Shown here piece by piece: positions 1-12,848 of a DNA stretch of 64,000 nt (position 1 is the stretch's first letter; every line of letters starts with the position of its first letter). The notes beneath the pieces are model-generated. The model did not search any database, was not told the origin of the DNA, and saw nothing but the letters and a program-made list of their open reading frames with translations. The translations under genes were made by a program, and so were the position numbers. The DNA is from Oikopleura dioica (Eukaryota; Animalia; Chordata). Where the stretch lies: the NCBI GenBank assembly GCA_907165135.1, contig OU015567.1:13702001-13766000 (forward strand). The letters are read 5' to 3'.

Positions 1-107
1 ACAAAGTTACGGTCTAAAACAACTAATTATTCCATTTCGGCCTATAAAACCAATCAGCAGCTGACCTAAAACCCGAACGACAGAATACCAAATTAACTCT
101 GTATAAG

Positions 108-448
108 GGCGGCGAGATTGTTATTTGCGATCATTACAGTCTTCATATTGCTGTGGTCGCCGTATAATATAATGGCATTGTATGCCTCTAAATATGGTTT
201 TGAATCGATTCCGAACTGGGCCTGGGCTTTAGGATACTGGCTCTGCTATTTGAATTCAACATTGAATCCAGCCTGTTATGCTGCTTGTAACAAGGTGAAA
301 GGCAGAATTGATAGAATCTTAGATAAAAAATGATTTTTAGACGTTCAAGAAAACCTTCAAGAATATCCTCACTGGACGGGGGTTTAGATCGCAAGCCCAG
401 ATATATACGCAAAAGCCGGACAAAAGCCGCAAGAAAAACTGCTTATAG
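108..448 (+). CDS. CHRM: Muscarinic acetylcholine receptor-like GPCR, 3' part only (TM6, TM7, helix 8); 5' end lies outside the window
   Basis: [22 protein letters not shown]...[24 protein letters not shown]; a GT-AG intron at 295-340 joins it to [10 protein letters not shown]...KNCL*. GYWLCYxNSTxNPxCYAxCNKxF is the muscarinic TM7/H8 signature. Paralog not assignable. Confidence 0.88.
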
Positions 449-580
449 TCTATTTATGAATAAATATAATTAGTCAATTGTGAAAACTGTAAAATATGTC
501 TTTTGAAAACCTAACTCCTAGCTCAAGAACAACAGTAAAAAATAATTTTATTCAAAAATTTACAAAACGTGCGGCATTAT

Positions 581-1752
581 TCAAAGATCGTCTTCTTCAA
601 AAACCGATATTTCGAGGTCGTCTTCTTCTTCGACGGCCGGTTTTCGATCTTCATTAAGATCTTGTCTTGCCCCAATTGACTGTGCTCTATGAAAATTATC
701 AACCTTTACTTTGGATGGAAAAAAATACCTGTGCTTTGCAGCAGCAGCTCTATCCCGTTGTCTTCTATTTTTGAACCAGTTACCCACCTGAGTTGGAGTC
801 AACGCGGTGGCTTCCGCGAGCTCTCGTTTTCTCGAAGGATTTGGGTATGGATCCTTGAGGTAGGACTCTCGCAAGATTGTTCGAGTTCGCTCTTTGAAGC
901 AATGAGATTTTTGTTCACCATCCCAGATTGTTGATGGAAACGGGTGTTTCTTGCGCACGCGGTATTTGTCGACTGAAATCAAGGATGAGAATTTCTGCAA
1001 AAAAAATTTTTTTGGAAGATTCGAGGTTTTCATTTTTCAGAACAAAGCTATTTTTACCTGGACCAAGAGGTCTTCCTCTCGCTGCCTCAGCTTCCCCGTA
1101 ATGTGCCTCAAGCCAAAGAGCTTGCAACTTGGCATGATGAATGTTTGAAAATCTTCTTGATTCTATAAGCGCGTAGAGCTCCCGATAGTTTCCCTAGAGA
1201 AGAAAAATCAAAAAAGTATACACAGATCTGATGCCAGAAGCAAAGCTCTAATGGAATATTTAGAGGTATCTTAGAGGTATTATTGACCTGCTTGAAGGCG
1301 ACCACAGCTCGAGCGCGGATTAGGAATTCATTCTTTGAAAGAGCGTCCAGTACGGCCGGCAAAGCCGGTAAACTCCAAAGATACTGTCCGAGTCGGTCAA
1401 TGTCCCCGCAATCTTCTAATGTCGAACAGATGTTGATCACGTGCTGGACGGCAAACTGAGAAGAACTGTTCATAACTTGTGGAATCTATGAAACTTACAT
1501 TTGGCTGAGCAGGAAAAGTAACTAAAGGGATTTGAATTCCCCTTGAAGCTGCAATAAGTGAACCAAGATTTCGAATCCGCTCGAGGTTTTGTCTCTGTAT
1601 TAATAAGTTGTTCAAGGCGATATTCGAACTCGACCTAAATTAAAAATTTCAAGCGTTGTTGATCTCTTTTAACGATAGCTTTACCCAGAGCTCTCTGAAA
1701 TCGGCGAAATAGGAATCACAGGTTGTTGTGGCAAATCTTTGAGCTGCTCCAT
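581..1752 (-). CDS. Six3/6: SIX-class homeobox protein, Six3/6 (optix) subfamily; multi-exon
   Basis: SIX domain ([27 protein letters not shown]...[21 protein letters not shown]) and homeodomain [58 protein letters not shown]; the RAAAAK tail is typical of Six3/6. ATG at 1752 joins in frame through an intron at 1684-1635. Confidence 0.93.
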
Positions 1753-3317
1753 ACTTAAAAAATTTCTAGGACCTTATTTGGCTCGTCGAAGGTGTTCTGA
1801 AAGTGAGACTCTATCAGATTGGCTCAGTGATAGATGAGACGAGCAAAAACAGCGCCATCGAACGGCGCCGCGTGACATATCTCCGCGAAAATCTTTCCAA
1901 TTCTTTCAGTTCTTTCAAGAATCGATTTGGGGATTTGCATTAATCCGTGTTTCCGACAGTGTGCCAAGCTTATAATTTTCTCTTTGGATTTGATTCGAAT
2001 AATGATCTCCCGCCGAGAGATGGAATTATGTTCTTGGCGGAGAGCAAGAAACATTCTTTGTAGCGCTTTTAGGATCGAAGGTTAACTCGGTGCCTTTAAG
2101 ATACAGAAGTTTTTCTTCTCGGAAGACTCTTCTGGTCATTTTTGAAACTGACAGGGTTAGGGTTAGCTTTTGTATTGGAAGCCACCGACGACCAAATTGA
2201 AGGATAATGGAAACGTATTGACTATGAATTGATCTTTAGTCTTTGTCTGATTTCTGGAGTCAAGAATCTGGTCAGAAACTCATCAAGAAGCTCTTTTCGT
2301 AAAATAAATCCTTTTGGATAATTGAAGACTTGGTTATTACTTTGACACGAGTTTGGATGTTTCTGATGCTATCGGCTCTGTCAGATCGTTTCCTGTTTTC
2401 GCGCACCTGATCCTTCAAATGACACCTTCCAACTTTCCAAAACGCGCGCATCATGATTGATTGACTCTCCCCTCGCATCAAGTGCATTTTGAAGAATTAT
2501 TTTCTAGACATAAGTTTCTTAACTTGATTTAGTAAACTTGAGAAATCGTTTTGGTTTTGAGCCTTTATTTTCAGTCCTCTTGCTGGTGAAGCTTACTGTC
2601 AACTGGCGCGCTACAGTAACGCACCATTAGTGTGACCTTAATGGCGGTACGTTTCCGCCACCATGTGGCGATAATCCGCGATATTAATAAGCTTATCACG
2701 TATATGAATGTGTGTTTGTGTTGGTGGAACTGACATCAATCAGGGCTTCGTCGGATTCCTGTCCCTTCCATTTGATCAGAGCCACGAAATCAATGTCTCC
2801 TCTGATCCGCGGTTTTTGTCACTTTTTAATCCACTGAGCCACAAATGGCCCGCCCAGATTACAGTAAGACTACTCAAATATACAAACATATGAGAAAAGG
2901 TTTAGATGACTTTGAGACGTCTGTCAGCTTTTAAGGCGTCTTCCTGTTTGATATTTTTAATGGTAATAATTTATCTACAAAAGTTGAGGGATTTTATTTC
3001 CGTGATTGTCATGCAGTATAAATTATTGAAGAAAACGTATCGCCGATACGGTATCGGTCATACACGCGACTGAGGGACAGAGTAAATATCATAGACTATG
3101 ATTCATAGAGTCAAGTTGAGAAGAATCTTACTATCAAGATAGATCTAAGTAGATCTGATCTAACAGACATAACAGAATAGGGCATTAGCCATTACAGCAG
3201 GAGTCTCGGATAAGGGACTTTTTGTCTCAAAATGCCTAAAATCTGCGGCACCGTTTGTTTGCTTAGCTGCACCAATTTAAGGGACTATTTTCGTTAGTGA
3301 CAAACAGTAAAGTAAAA

Positions 3318-4036
3318 TCACAAATACAGCCTGAAGAAACGAGAACGTTTTGAGCATAATGCGCAAGTTGTTAATTGTTCGCGAAAAGCATCATCCGCCG
3401 TCGTCGGAAATCTTGTCAAACATGTATGACAAAATGCATGGCCACAGCAGAGAGTAGCGTCGAGTCGGTTCGTATAGCAAATTTTACACGTAAGCAGTTC
3501 TTCAAGATTGTATTTTTCTGCTTCCAGATGATTGACCCTTGCTTCCTGAGCAAAGTTATTGACTGTTTTGTTCTTCAAGTTCATTACCTTATTTCTGATT
3601 TTATCGTTTTGGGTTCCGATTTGCGCTTCCAGTTGATTCATCATGCTATCCATCGTGCAAATAATTTTATCTTTCTCAAAAACTTCTCGCTTCAGTGTTC
3701 TTACTTCTTGGTCTTTTTCTTCGAACGAACTGGAAGATGAAATGGTCATCGATGATGGGGCTTGCTGTAGCTCAACTGTCGTTTTTCTTGGTTTTGGAGG
3801 GAGTGGTGGTCTTATCGCCCCCTCGTTCGTTTGTTCCTCGGTGTGAGTACCCTTTTTCCTTTTTGAAAATGTACGCGATGGGGGTTTTGGTTTACGCTTT
3901 GGAGATGGTTATCATTCCTTGCTGTTTCATCGGGTTCATTTCTCTGGACAGCATCAGCTGCAGTTGCGCGAAAATTTCGAGGATTTTGAAACATCTGTTG
4001 GCGTTCTCTGAAACTTGGCAGGCGTTGGTCTATCAT
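3318..4036 (-). CDS. RING-finger (C3HC4) protein, paralog A: proline-rich region, coiled coil, C-terminal RING
   Basis: MIDQRLPSFRER...RPPLPPKP...EKDQEVRTLKRE...CKICY...CCGHAFCHTCL...CALC...FRLYL*; introns inferred, including a stop-free 42-nt one. Confidence 0.85.
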
Positions 4037-4441
4037 TTTCAAATGCTTGTTGACGAGTGGTCTCCGTTTGCCCAAGTCGCCTGTATTTTTCCTTTCTTAC
4101 GAATAAAGAAAGTAAAAATACAGAACTCGACTCTGGCAGCTTTGACGAAAGGGCGTTCGGGAAAGTTAGTAGTTAAACTACTAAGGGAAAAATTTTCCCT
4201 TCGCCGGTCCAATGAAAGCCCGCTCTCCGTAAAAACGACTAAGACTCACGCGTTGGAATTTGCCCGAGAAATGTCATTTTCCCTTTTACTCAACGATAAA
4301 AGAATAGTCATTTTTCGTTTTTGACGATATTTGCTCTACTCTTGAGATCCAGACTTTGAGCATTTATTTGCCGAAGGAATAGTTTATTGCCAACTAAATT
4401 CAGTGCATTTATCATATTGATGACATACATGCAAAGCAAAG

Positions 4442-5037
4442 TTACAAATACAGCCTGAAAAAAGGTGAACGTTTTGAGCATAATGGACAAGTTGTTAATT
4501 GTTCGCCAGTACGTCCTACCGTCTTCGGTAATTTCTTCAGACATCTATGACAAAATGGATGGCCACAAAGGAGAGTAGCGTTCACTTTCTTCGTATAGCA
4601 AATTTTACACGTGACCAATTCTTCAAGATCGTCTTTTTCTGCTTCCAGATGATTCATCCTTCTTTCCTGCGCAACATTACTGAGTGTTTTTTTTATTTTA
4701 GTACCTGATATTCGATTTGTCCATTTAAAATTCCGATTTCTGTCTCTATCATGCTTATAATTTTATCTTGTTCAAAGTAAAACCGCTTCAGCTTTCTTAT
4801 TTCTCTGTCTTTATTTTCCGACGTGTTTGTGATCGTCGACGATGTTGATTGCCGTCGCTCGGTAATCGTTTCTGTTGGCTTTGGAGGCAGCGGTGGCCGA
4901 ACTTCTGAATCAGAGTTCCTTCTTCTTTCAACGGGTCCACTATCCTCAACATCATCCTCTTCCGTTGGCTGCAAATTTAGTGGATTTTGAAATTTCTCGA
5001 GACGTTCTTTAAAACTCGGTAGGCGTTTGTCAATCAT
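4442..5037 (-). CDS. RING-finger protein, paralog B
   Basis: MIDKRLPSFKER...RPPLPPKP...NKDREIRKLKR; after an intron, NHLEAEKDDLEELVTCKICY...LCGHPFCHRCL...CPLC...FRLYL*. Confidence 0.85.
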
Positions 5038-5490
5038 TTTCAGGTGCTAATTGACTGATAGTCTTATCCAGAATCCAGGATAGCTTAAAATAGGCGATTC
5101 TTTTTTAAGCAAAGAAAGGAAACATTTTTATTATCATAACACCAATTGATCATTCGATAATAAATGACGGTGATAAAAGCAATACCGTAACCAAAAGTAC
5201 TTACGAATGAAGAGAAGGCAAAAATGTAGAATTCGGCTCTGGCTGCTTTGGCTATTCTTTGTTATTGTATCTGTTTGGGTCTGTTCTGTTTTAGTTTATT
5301 TGCCGCGCGTTTTGGAGTTTATCCTGGTCAGCCAGGGGCCGCCAGAGGCACAGGAACAAAGAAAATACCTTAATAAGGATAATATAGGAAGGAATGAAAA
5401 ATGTGATAAATTTCATAGATACCCACTTTTATAAGAAAAATATTTCTTTTTTTATTCCACTTCTGTCAGCAAAAAATTGGGGAAGTAAAA

Positions 5491-6586
5491 TTATAAGTAC
5501 AGTCTGAAAATAAGTGAGAGTTTTGAGCAAACTGGGCAAGTGGTCAATCGTTTGGCGGGAAACACAAGCGTCTTGGGGAGTTTCTTCAAGCATTGAAAGC
5601 AAAATGCGTGCCCACAACCGAGGGTAGCGTTGATGTTATTCGTGAGGCAAATTTTACATGAGACAAGGAGCTCAAGATCATCTTTTTCCGCTTCAAGTTG
5701 ATTTGTTCTTGAGTCCTAAGCGATATGATCGAGTGGTTTTCTTTTATGATTTTGAGTACCTGTGATTGAAATTCGTTCTTGATTGCATTCTTGATCAGTT
5801 CATGAAGATTATTTTTTCTTGCTTGCTTGTTTTCGTTTTTCTTAAAAAGATTTAGATAGGAAAAGCCTCTCTCCCTCACCATTTGATTTGCTCGTATAAG
5901 ATTCCGATTTCAGTCTCCATCATGCTAATGATTTGATCTTTCTCAAAGTTATCCCGCTTCAGTTTTCTTATTTCTCGATCTTTCTGTTCCGAATCATTTG
6001 TGACATGTCGAATCATAGAAGATTTTGATTGCTGCAGCTCAGCATCTGTTATTCTTGGTTTTGAATGACGTGGTAGCGGAACAGGCGGCTCTGGAGGTGC
6101 GGGTTTATGCGTCGGAACAAGTGGTGTATCATGCTTTGCTGGTTTTACTGGCTCATTTTCTTGAACATCATCCATTGTTTGTCCTTTGGCAGGAGAGACA
6201 AGCATCTTTGGGATTTTTTTCAAATATTCAACGGATGATTTATATTTTTACTTGCTAAAAGAAAATGCTTTCCCAAAAAGTTCATCATGTCTTGCTGGTT
6301 TCGTCGGCGGCCTTTCTGGCTCATCACTCTCCTCGGCGCAGTGACTTTCCTTGATGTGATTGTGGGGACTTGACTCGGAAGTTGGGTTTACGTTATAAAG
6401 ATTTTGAAAATTCTCGAGGCCTTCATTCACCGGATCATTTTCCTGAACATCTTCATCTTCCTCATCAGAAAGGTCATTCTTCTTGGGTTGATTCAGAGGT
6501 CTTGGTTTGAAAGTTGGATTTGGATTTGGAAGATTTTTGAGCCGCTCAAGTTTTTCTTTGAAATCCGCTACCTCTTCCTCTATCAT
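5491..6586 (-). CDS. RING-finger protein, paralog C, with a longer, internally duplicated N-terminus
   Basis: MIEEEVADFKEKL...; DVQENxPV and KPAxHD each occur twice; QKDREIRKLKR. The last exon, translated by hand, reads NQLEAEKDDLELLVSCKICLTNNINATLGCGHAFCFQCL...CPVCSKLSLIFRLYL* (stop 5493-5491). Confidence 0.8.
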
Positions 6587-7159
6587 TATCAAGTTCTCTT
6601 TGACTGATGGTGAATTACAGCGAATTCTTATTCGATACTCTCTCTATTTACAGAGACTATTGACGTACTGTTTATTTTACCTTACTAGGCATCTAAAATT
6701 TTGAAAATCGTTCGTTTCGATTGTCATTACTCAAAAGCAAGTGAAATTATTAATACATTTGCCATTCTGAAATTCGGTCGTGTTAGAATAATATTGAATT
6801 TCTGTCCATAATGCTTGACTTATCAAAAATTGAGGACAACACAAATTTGAGAACCTTTGTTTTCATCTAAAAATCGAGTGAAAAATCTGAATTGCGAGCT
6901 GTTTTCAAATACTGCACCTGGCCGTGGCCCTCCAGCAGCGAAGATTTCGCTTCGATTAGGCCACTCTTACCGGCAAAAATTTTCACTTTGGCGCATTTTA
7001 TTTGAGATGTCCGTCGGAACCACAGCCAGTGATATGATGAACGCTACAGTGCCAACCGTTTTTGTGAGTAGTGACTTTTCATACAGGCATAAAATACTTG
7101 AATAGGAGATCACAAGTGCCTTCAACCAGACAGGGAATGATACAGCTGCTGGAAAGACG

Positions 7160-7571
7160 ATGCTGGACTTGGACTGGTTGAACAATGACTTAGAGAACCT
7201 TACCACCTCGTTCAACAGCACTGGTAACGAGACGATTGATGGCAGGACCATGTTTTACTTCCCTGGAATGACACACAACGTAAGAGCGAAGCAGAACTCA
7301 TTCGAGGCTCAATATGAGTATATTTTAGATTCCGCCGATGGACGAGGAGCACGCCACTAGCTTCATGATCATTTTGATCCTCATCGTCTTCATGGTGCTC
7401 TGCGCAGCAATCTACAAGTTCTGGGTGCTCCCTAACCGGCGAACGCGCGCAACCGACACCGACACTGAGTCCAAATTCCGACTCATGGAAAGTAAGTCCA
7501 CTGGTTTCCACAACATTCACATTTTCTTTCTTCCAGACGAACTTGACCACCAACACGAAGAACGATTCTGA
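7160..7571 (+). CDS. Small (~105 aa) single-pass membrane protein of unknown function
   Basis: Two GT-AG introns give one frame: MLDLDWLNNDLENLTTSFNSTGNETIDGRTMFYFPGMTHN|IPPMDEEHATSFMIILILIVFMVLCAAIYKFWVLPNRRTR...FRLME|NELDHQHEERF*. It has three N-x-S/T sites, one hydrophobic segment and a basic stop-transfer stretch. Confidence 0.6.
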
Positions 7572-7876
7572 GCCGCTGTGACTTCTCAATTTTTACCGTT
7601 AACAATTTTTTACTGTAACAGCTCAAATCTTTATCAAATAAAATCCGAACAAGTTCAACATTATCTCGACTGTTGTTCCGAAAAAAATCGCGCTCCGCCT
7701 TCAAGCAAAAATGTAATTTTCCAGCGCGGAAGTCCTCCGCCCTCATTTTTCCCTCCTTTCCCACGCCCGGAGGTCATCAGGTCAGCAGTCTATTTTCATG
7801 AGGTAGTGAGAAAACAGCGAACAAGAAAAACGGGGAGAGAAATTGAAAAAATCGACAGTATCTCACGATAAATAAA

Positions 7877-9690
7877 ATGCCGAGCAGCGGAAATGCAGGG
7901 GAGAAGGCAAGAGAAGGAAGTTACAGTATTTATATGGGCTTCGTTTATGTTTCAAATCTTATGGTTGGAACAGGAAAGGGTTTTTCTATCTTCAAATGTA
8001 CTTTTGGCAATATTTTTTCTTTGAAAATTGAATTCAAAAAAACCCGAAAACAGGAGCTCTAACGATGCCGTTAGCAGTCGCTACAGCTGGGTTGGCAATT
8101 TCTGTCCCTCTGCTATGTCTTTTATGCATATTCTCGTTCATCACATGCACTTGTATTGTCGAAGCGATGTCTGGTGCAAACGCTGTTCGGAAGATTCAAG
8201 CCAAGCGGCGACGTCAACCGGCTGATGTTTCTGGAAGCTCGAGTTCGGTCAACTCTCAATTGCTAGACAACGAAAATGGAGAAGAAAGCCCAAATGCGTA
8301 TGATGACGACCAAGATCCTCTTTTGCCTAGACAGGCGAGCAGGAACAAAGAACTTTTTCAAATTTCCGAGGTATTTTTTGAATTAGAAAAATGAAAAATG
8401 AGTTATTTTTTATAGCGAGTCGAGCTGGGAATGATGGCGAAGATGTTCTTCAATCGTTACGGGATCATTCTCTTCTATGCGTGTATGGTGATCTATCTTT
8501 ACGGGGATTTGGCGATTTACGCCGTAGCTGTGCCAAAGAATGTCGTCTCGATTCTCTGCAACAATCTCACTTGCCGCCCGAACATGACGCTCCCGGACAA
8601 CAATCTCAATCTTCCCTGCACGTAAGACTCGTGTCTATGTGACCAAACTCATCAACGTTTTTAGCCCTGGCTTTCATTCGAAATTTCTTGAGCGCTCGTC
8701 GCGTAGAACTGTTTATCACATGGTCCTAGGCGTTTTCATTGGCATCCTTGGACCGTTCGCTTTCTTCGACGTTTCGAAAACGAAACTTCTTCAACTGGTC
8801 ACTTCCCTCGTCCGCTGGATCTCGTTTCTTTCGATGATCATTTTAGGTAAAGAAAGACTCCAAAGCATATTCTTATTTCTTTAGCAATCATGCGCATCGC
8901 TAATGGAAATTCTGTGACTCCAGTCGTCGCGGACATTTCTGCTGTACCAAATTTATTCGGCGTGGCAGTCTACTCATTCATGTGCCAGCACTCGCTTCCT
9001 GCTCTTTTGACGCCGATTTCGAGAAAGTCCAAACTGACGAAAATGCTCACGGGGGATTTCTTACTTGTTCTTACTTTTTATATGCTTCTTTGCATCACCG
9101 CTGCATTCTGCTTCGACCACAAAACTATCCAGGTAACTTTTCATAGAAAATTCATCTCTTCTATTTGACTCCCTATTTTAGGACTTGTATACTTTGAACT
9201 TCCTTCTCGATTGCCAAGTATGCAGCAGCGATTTTCTCCGCTACTTCCTCGCGCTGTTTCCAGTCCTCACTCTGTCTACATCATTCCCAATCATTACAGT
9301 CACGCTGAGGAATAACCTTCGCTCACTCTTTGCCATGGACGATGATCAGCGACTCGTGTGGAAGATCTTCTTTCCCATTTTAGCGATGGGCCCGCCTATC
9401 ATTCTTGCTTTTTTTACCGACAATCTTGAATCACTCGTTGGTATAACTGGAAGGTAATACAGTCGAGGGATTCGGAATAACAACGAAAATTCAGTTACGC
9501 CGGCGCTGGAATCCAGTACGTGATACCCGTCGCCCTGGTTTATTATGCTCGAAAAAGCGTGGCTGCTTTGGATCCACAGGCTAAAAACCCTCATCGACTG
9601 AGGATCAATTCTAACTGGACTATCATTGTTGTTCTTATCTGGACCGTATTGGCGATAAGCTTTGTAACATACAACCACATCGTTGATTAA
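7877..9690 (+). CDS. TMEM104: Transmembrane protein 104 (amino-acid transporter fold)
   Basis: YSIYMGFVYVSNLMVGTG|ALTMPLAVATAG...IVEAMSGANA, VYLYGDLAIYAVAVPK, FGVAVYSFMCQHSLPALLTPI and YFLALFPVLTLSTSFPIITVTLRNNL all match TMEM104 motifs. Stop at 9688-9690. Confidence 0.92.
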
Positions 9691-9995
9691 CTACTCTCCG
9701 TTCTTTCTGTTTACGGTCAACCTATCAATTCATCGCAATATGCTCCGTTGATGCTAATTTTTCAAACAACCAAGAAACAACTATCGACAAGAAGGCCATA
9801 GATTTATAAAATGCAATTTAAAAGTTCTGTTTCATGCCAATTCTTCAACCTATCTCTACCTTGTTTTCTGTGCAGCTCAAACTCATTCATGCTCTGCAAT
9901 TCAAACTCGCCCCGTAAAACTCGCGGGGAAAATAAAGAAGCGACTAAAAGTAGGTGCTATTGTTACTCGGATTTCACAGACTGGAATCGTGTGGA

Positions 9996-11275
9996 ATGTG
10001 AGACAATGAGAAAAACGGACAATTCCGAATCAGAAGAAGAAATTCAAAAGTAAAGCCGCCACAATTGACCTTTTTCAAAGCTTTATTCTAGCGTTGATAA
10101 AGCGGTAGAACAGTTTCAAACGCTCGAGAGAATAGTATCACCTGAAAATGAACCTTCAAAAGCAGAGCTGGAAGAACTTAACCTTGAAAAAATGAAGATA
10201 GAAGAAAGAGAACACGAACCTGAAATTAATGAAGATGATCCAGAAGAGATAACTGAAGCTAATCCCGAAGCAACAGATGACACTAATACTTGTACAGAAA
10301 ATGGCGTAGACACGAAAGCGTCAATCTATGGAGATATTGAAACCGTGGAGAAAGAACCAAATAATGATGATGATTTTGGCGATTTTGACGATGCTTTCAA
10401 TACTGCAGGGACGGTTTTAATTTCATTTTTTTTTCTTGAAAATACATTCTTTAGTCTCTTGAGACAAAAATAAAACCAGAAGAGGTGAAGATAAAAGCAA
10501 AGGAGTAGTTTTAGAAGACGATTTCGGCGGGTTCGGCGAAGCTACAGCAAATCCAAGTGTTGAATTCAACGCGAGCTTCGGTGAACATGCAAACGCAAAT
10601 CAACCACAAGAAGATGGTGACGACGATGATTTTGGGGATTTCGGAGAGACAAACGAAGCAGGAGATGATGATTTCGGCGACTTCGGAGGCGATGATGACT
10701 TTGGAGACTTTTCGCAAACGGTTGCGCCGCCGCCGCAAGTGCCAGAAGTAGTGAATGATTTGGAGCCTGTATCTCTTGGACCAGTATGGGAGGAACTAAA
10801 AGGTAACTTGCTTCGCCTTTCCCAGCTAATGATTGTTCAATAGCTGCAACGTCGTATGAGCAAGAAGAGCCAGAAAAGACTCAATACGCCTGGGAAGAGA
10901 GACAGGAGTCAATAGACAAGCTAAACGATTTTCTCAACGCTAGTGCGCTAGATCTCACCTGGAACTCCTCCGCCACGAAAAAGATGTTCGAGTACATAAT
11001 GCCAAAATTTCTTCAACTAACCCGAGGTTCCTATTCCCCCACACTTATCCGCCTTATTATCATTTAGATGTGGAGAAGGAGAGAGAGGCCGAGCTAGAAA
11101 AGATCAGAAAAGATAAGGAAGAACAGTCTGCTACGAAAAACGCCATGAGTAACGGAGCAAAGGAGATGTCAAAAAGTCTATTCAATAATTTTATCGTTTG
11201 AGATTTCTCGGCTTTTTGACTTCGACATAGAACTTATTGGCGCAACTTCCAGATCTATCCTATCTGAATCCTTAG
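9996..11275 (+). CDS. AFTPH: Aftiphilin-like AP-1/clathrin accessory protein
   Basis: Acidic low-complexity protein with five DFG(D/G)F gamma-ear-binding motifs, a LDLTWNSSATKKMF segment, and a C-terminal LLAQLPDLSYL resembling the aftiphilin LPDLSFM motif. Confidence 0.72.
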
Positions 11276-11492
11276 ATTATATATTTTTTCATTCAAAATT
11301 CATATTCAACAATTCGCTCAACAATTATTTTGCGGTGTTGGGTATAAGATACGTATCAACACCGCAAATATACCGTGTTTATTCATTTTTTTCAGAACAG
11401 TGTAAGGAAAAACTTCTGCGCAAAAAACTAATTTATATATTAGACAATTTTCATCGAATGGAAAAGAGTAAATAGCCTGTTTTATAGTCGCA

Positions 11493-12848
11493 TCAAGCTC
11501 CACAAAGCGGTCCTTCGACCAAAATCATCGGTGAATAGTAGAGCCAAAAGTCCCTGCCATCAGGATCTTTTCCCAAGCTAACAGAGTAGAAGTAGCTCTC
11601 ACTCATATTTATCCTGTCGATCGCACTAAAATTTGTTTCACAATAATATCATTGTCAGAACTCACTCTGTGCCCGCGTAAGCATATCCGTTGACGATTTT
11701 GCCTGAGTTGACATCATCGTAGCTCTGTTGCGCATCGGACATTCTTCCAAGAACTGTCCAGACCGAGCCGTTGAATCGATGAACTGTTTGGCCATTGTAA
11801 CCCTTTGAAATTGTCTTTTTGCGTTAAAATGATATTCCTTGGAAGTTTTCTAAATAGACTCTTTTAACACAAACATAAAGACCATGTGATTCGGCCATCA
11901 CTAAGTGGCCCTTTAGTTCTGGTGTGGGATGATCGGTTCCCAGTTGCCATGAGGTGCCATCGTAAGATTCCACTTTATTCGTGCATTCGAATTCACCAGG
12001 GTCGCATCCTCCGACAACCCACATTTTATCGTTATAAACTGCCATGCTCGCCCAATCATGAGGATAGGCTGTTTTCGCATCGATGACACTTTGATTTTCA
12101 CCATCAAAAGTCTGGCAGCTGAACTCATCTTTAAAAGGTTTCAAACTTGCACTAGAGTTCTGAAACATAGTTCGAAAATGAAACCCAAAACAACACCCTC
12201 TTCGTCGAAGCACAAATGAGCCAAGTCATTATAAACCGCGCAAGAGCCCCACATTCCGTCAATATGTCCAATCTCCAGCAAACTCGACTGAAGATTGAGT
12301 TCGCAACTGTCAGCGTCAAATTTGACCATTTGCCGCTCGATGTAATATCCTCCGAGAATCCAGTGTTCTCCTTTGATAAAAAGCATAGCAGGCGTCATCA
12401 ATGTCAAAGAAGTCTGTTTTGTAGTCGATGTTTGCATAACGGAAGCTTTGTTTTTCTAAATCGAGCAAGAAGCCAACATTTTCATAAGCACGGTAAGCGT
12501 TCAAAATCAGGAGATAGTCGGAGGCTGTGCAAATTGGATTGCCACATCCAGCGCAGCCTTGAGGACATTCGGTGTCACATGGACATGAGCTCTGACACTC
12601 GAGGAACGCAGCATCGCATCTTGTTCCGCAAGTGTAGTCGTCTGGAGTGCAGAAGTTCTTGCATTCATCTTTGTCTGTTGCACATTGAGAAATGCAAATT
12701 TCAAATTTGTCCAAGTCCCTTGAATAAAACTTATTATAGCCGAGTTTTTACAAAGCAAGTTAATAATAAATTATACTCTCTTGACATACGGACAAGCTGG
12801 CGGAGGAGTAACAGGGATTACATCGGGTGAAATACTCAGAACGCTCAT
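11493..12848 (-). CDS. Cys-rich N-terminal domain plus kelch-like beta-propeller protein; carries a 1-nt frameshift (possible pseudogene, allele or sequencing error)
   Basis: CGTRCDAAFLECQSSCPCDTECPQGCAGCGNPIC followed by GG-containing blades (HWILGG; MWVVGGC...KVESYDGTSW; HRFNGSVW). The frame changes in the A5 run at 12378-12382. The start codon is uncertain. Confidence 0.65.

Noticed and set aside
2154-2166. Two TTAGGG telomere-like units (similar traces near 62870)
   Set aside because: Too short; expected by chance.
1824-2510. Minus-strand ORF fragments upstream of Six3/6 (1824-2054, 2272-2487)
   Set aside because: Could not be assembled into a consistent spliced frame and no homology was recognised; it may still be a gene.
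2625-2646. CCATTA...TAATGG inverted homeodomain-like sites upstream of Six3/6
   Set aside because: Short motifs with no conservation data to support function.
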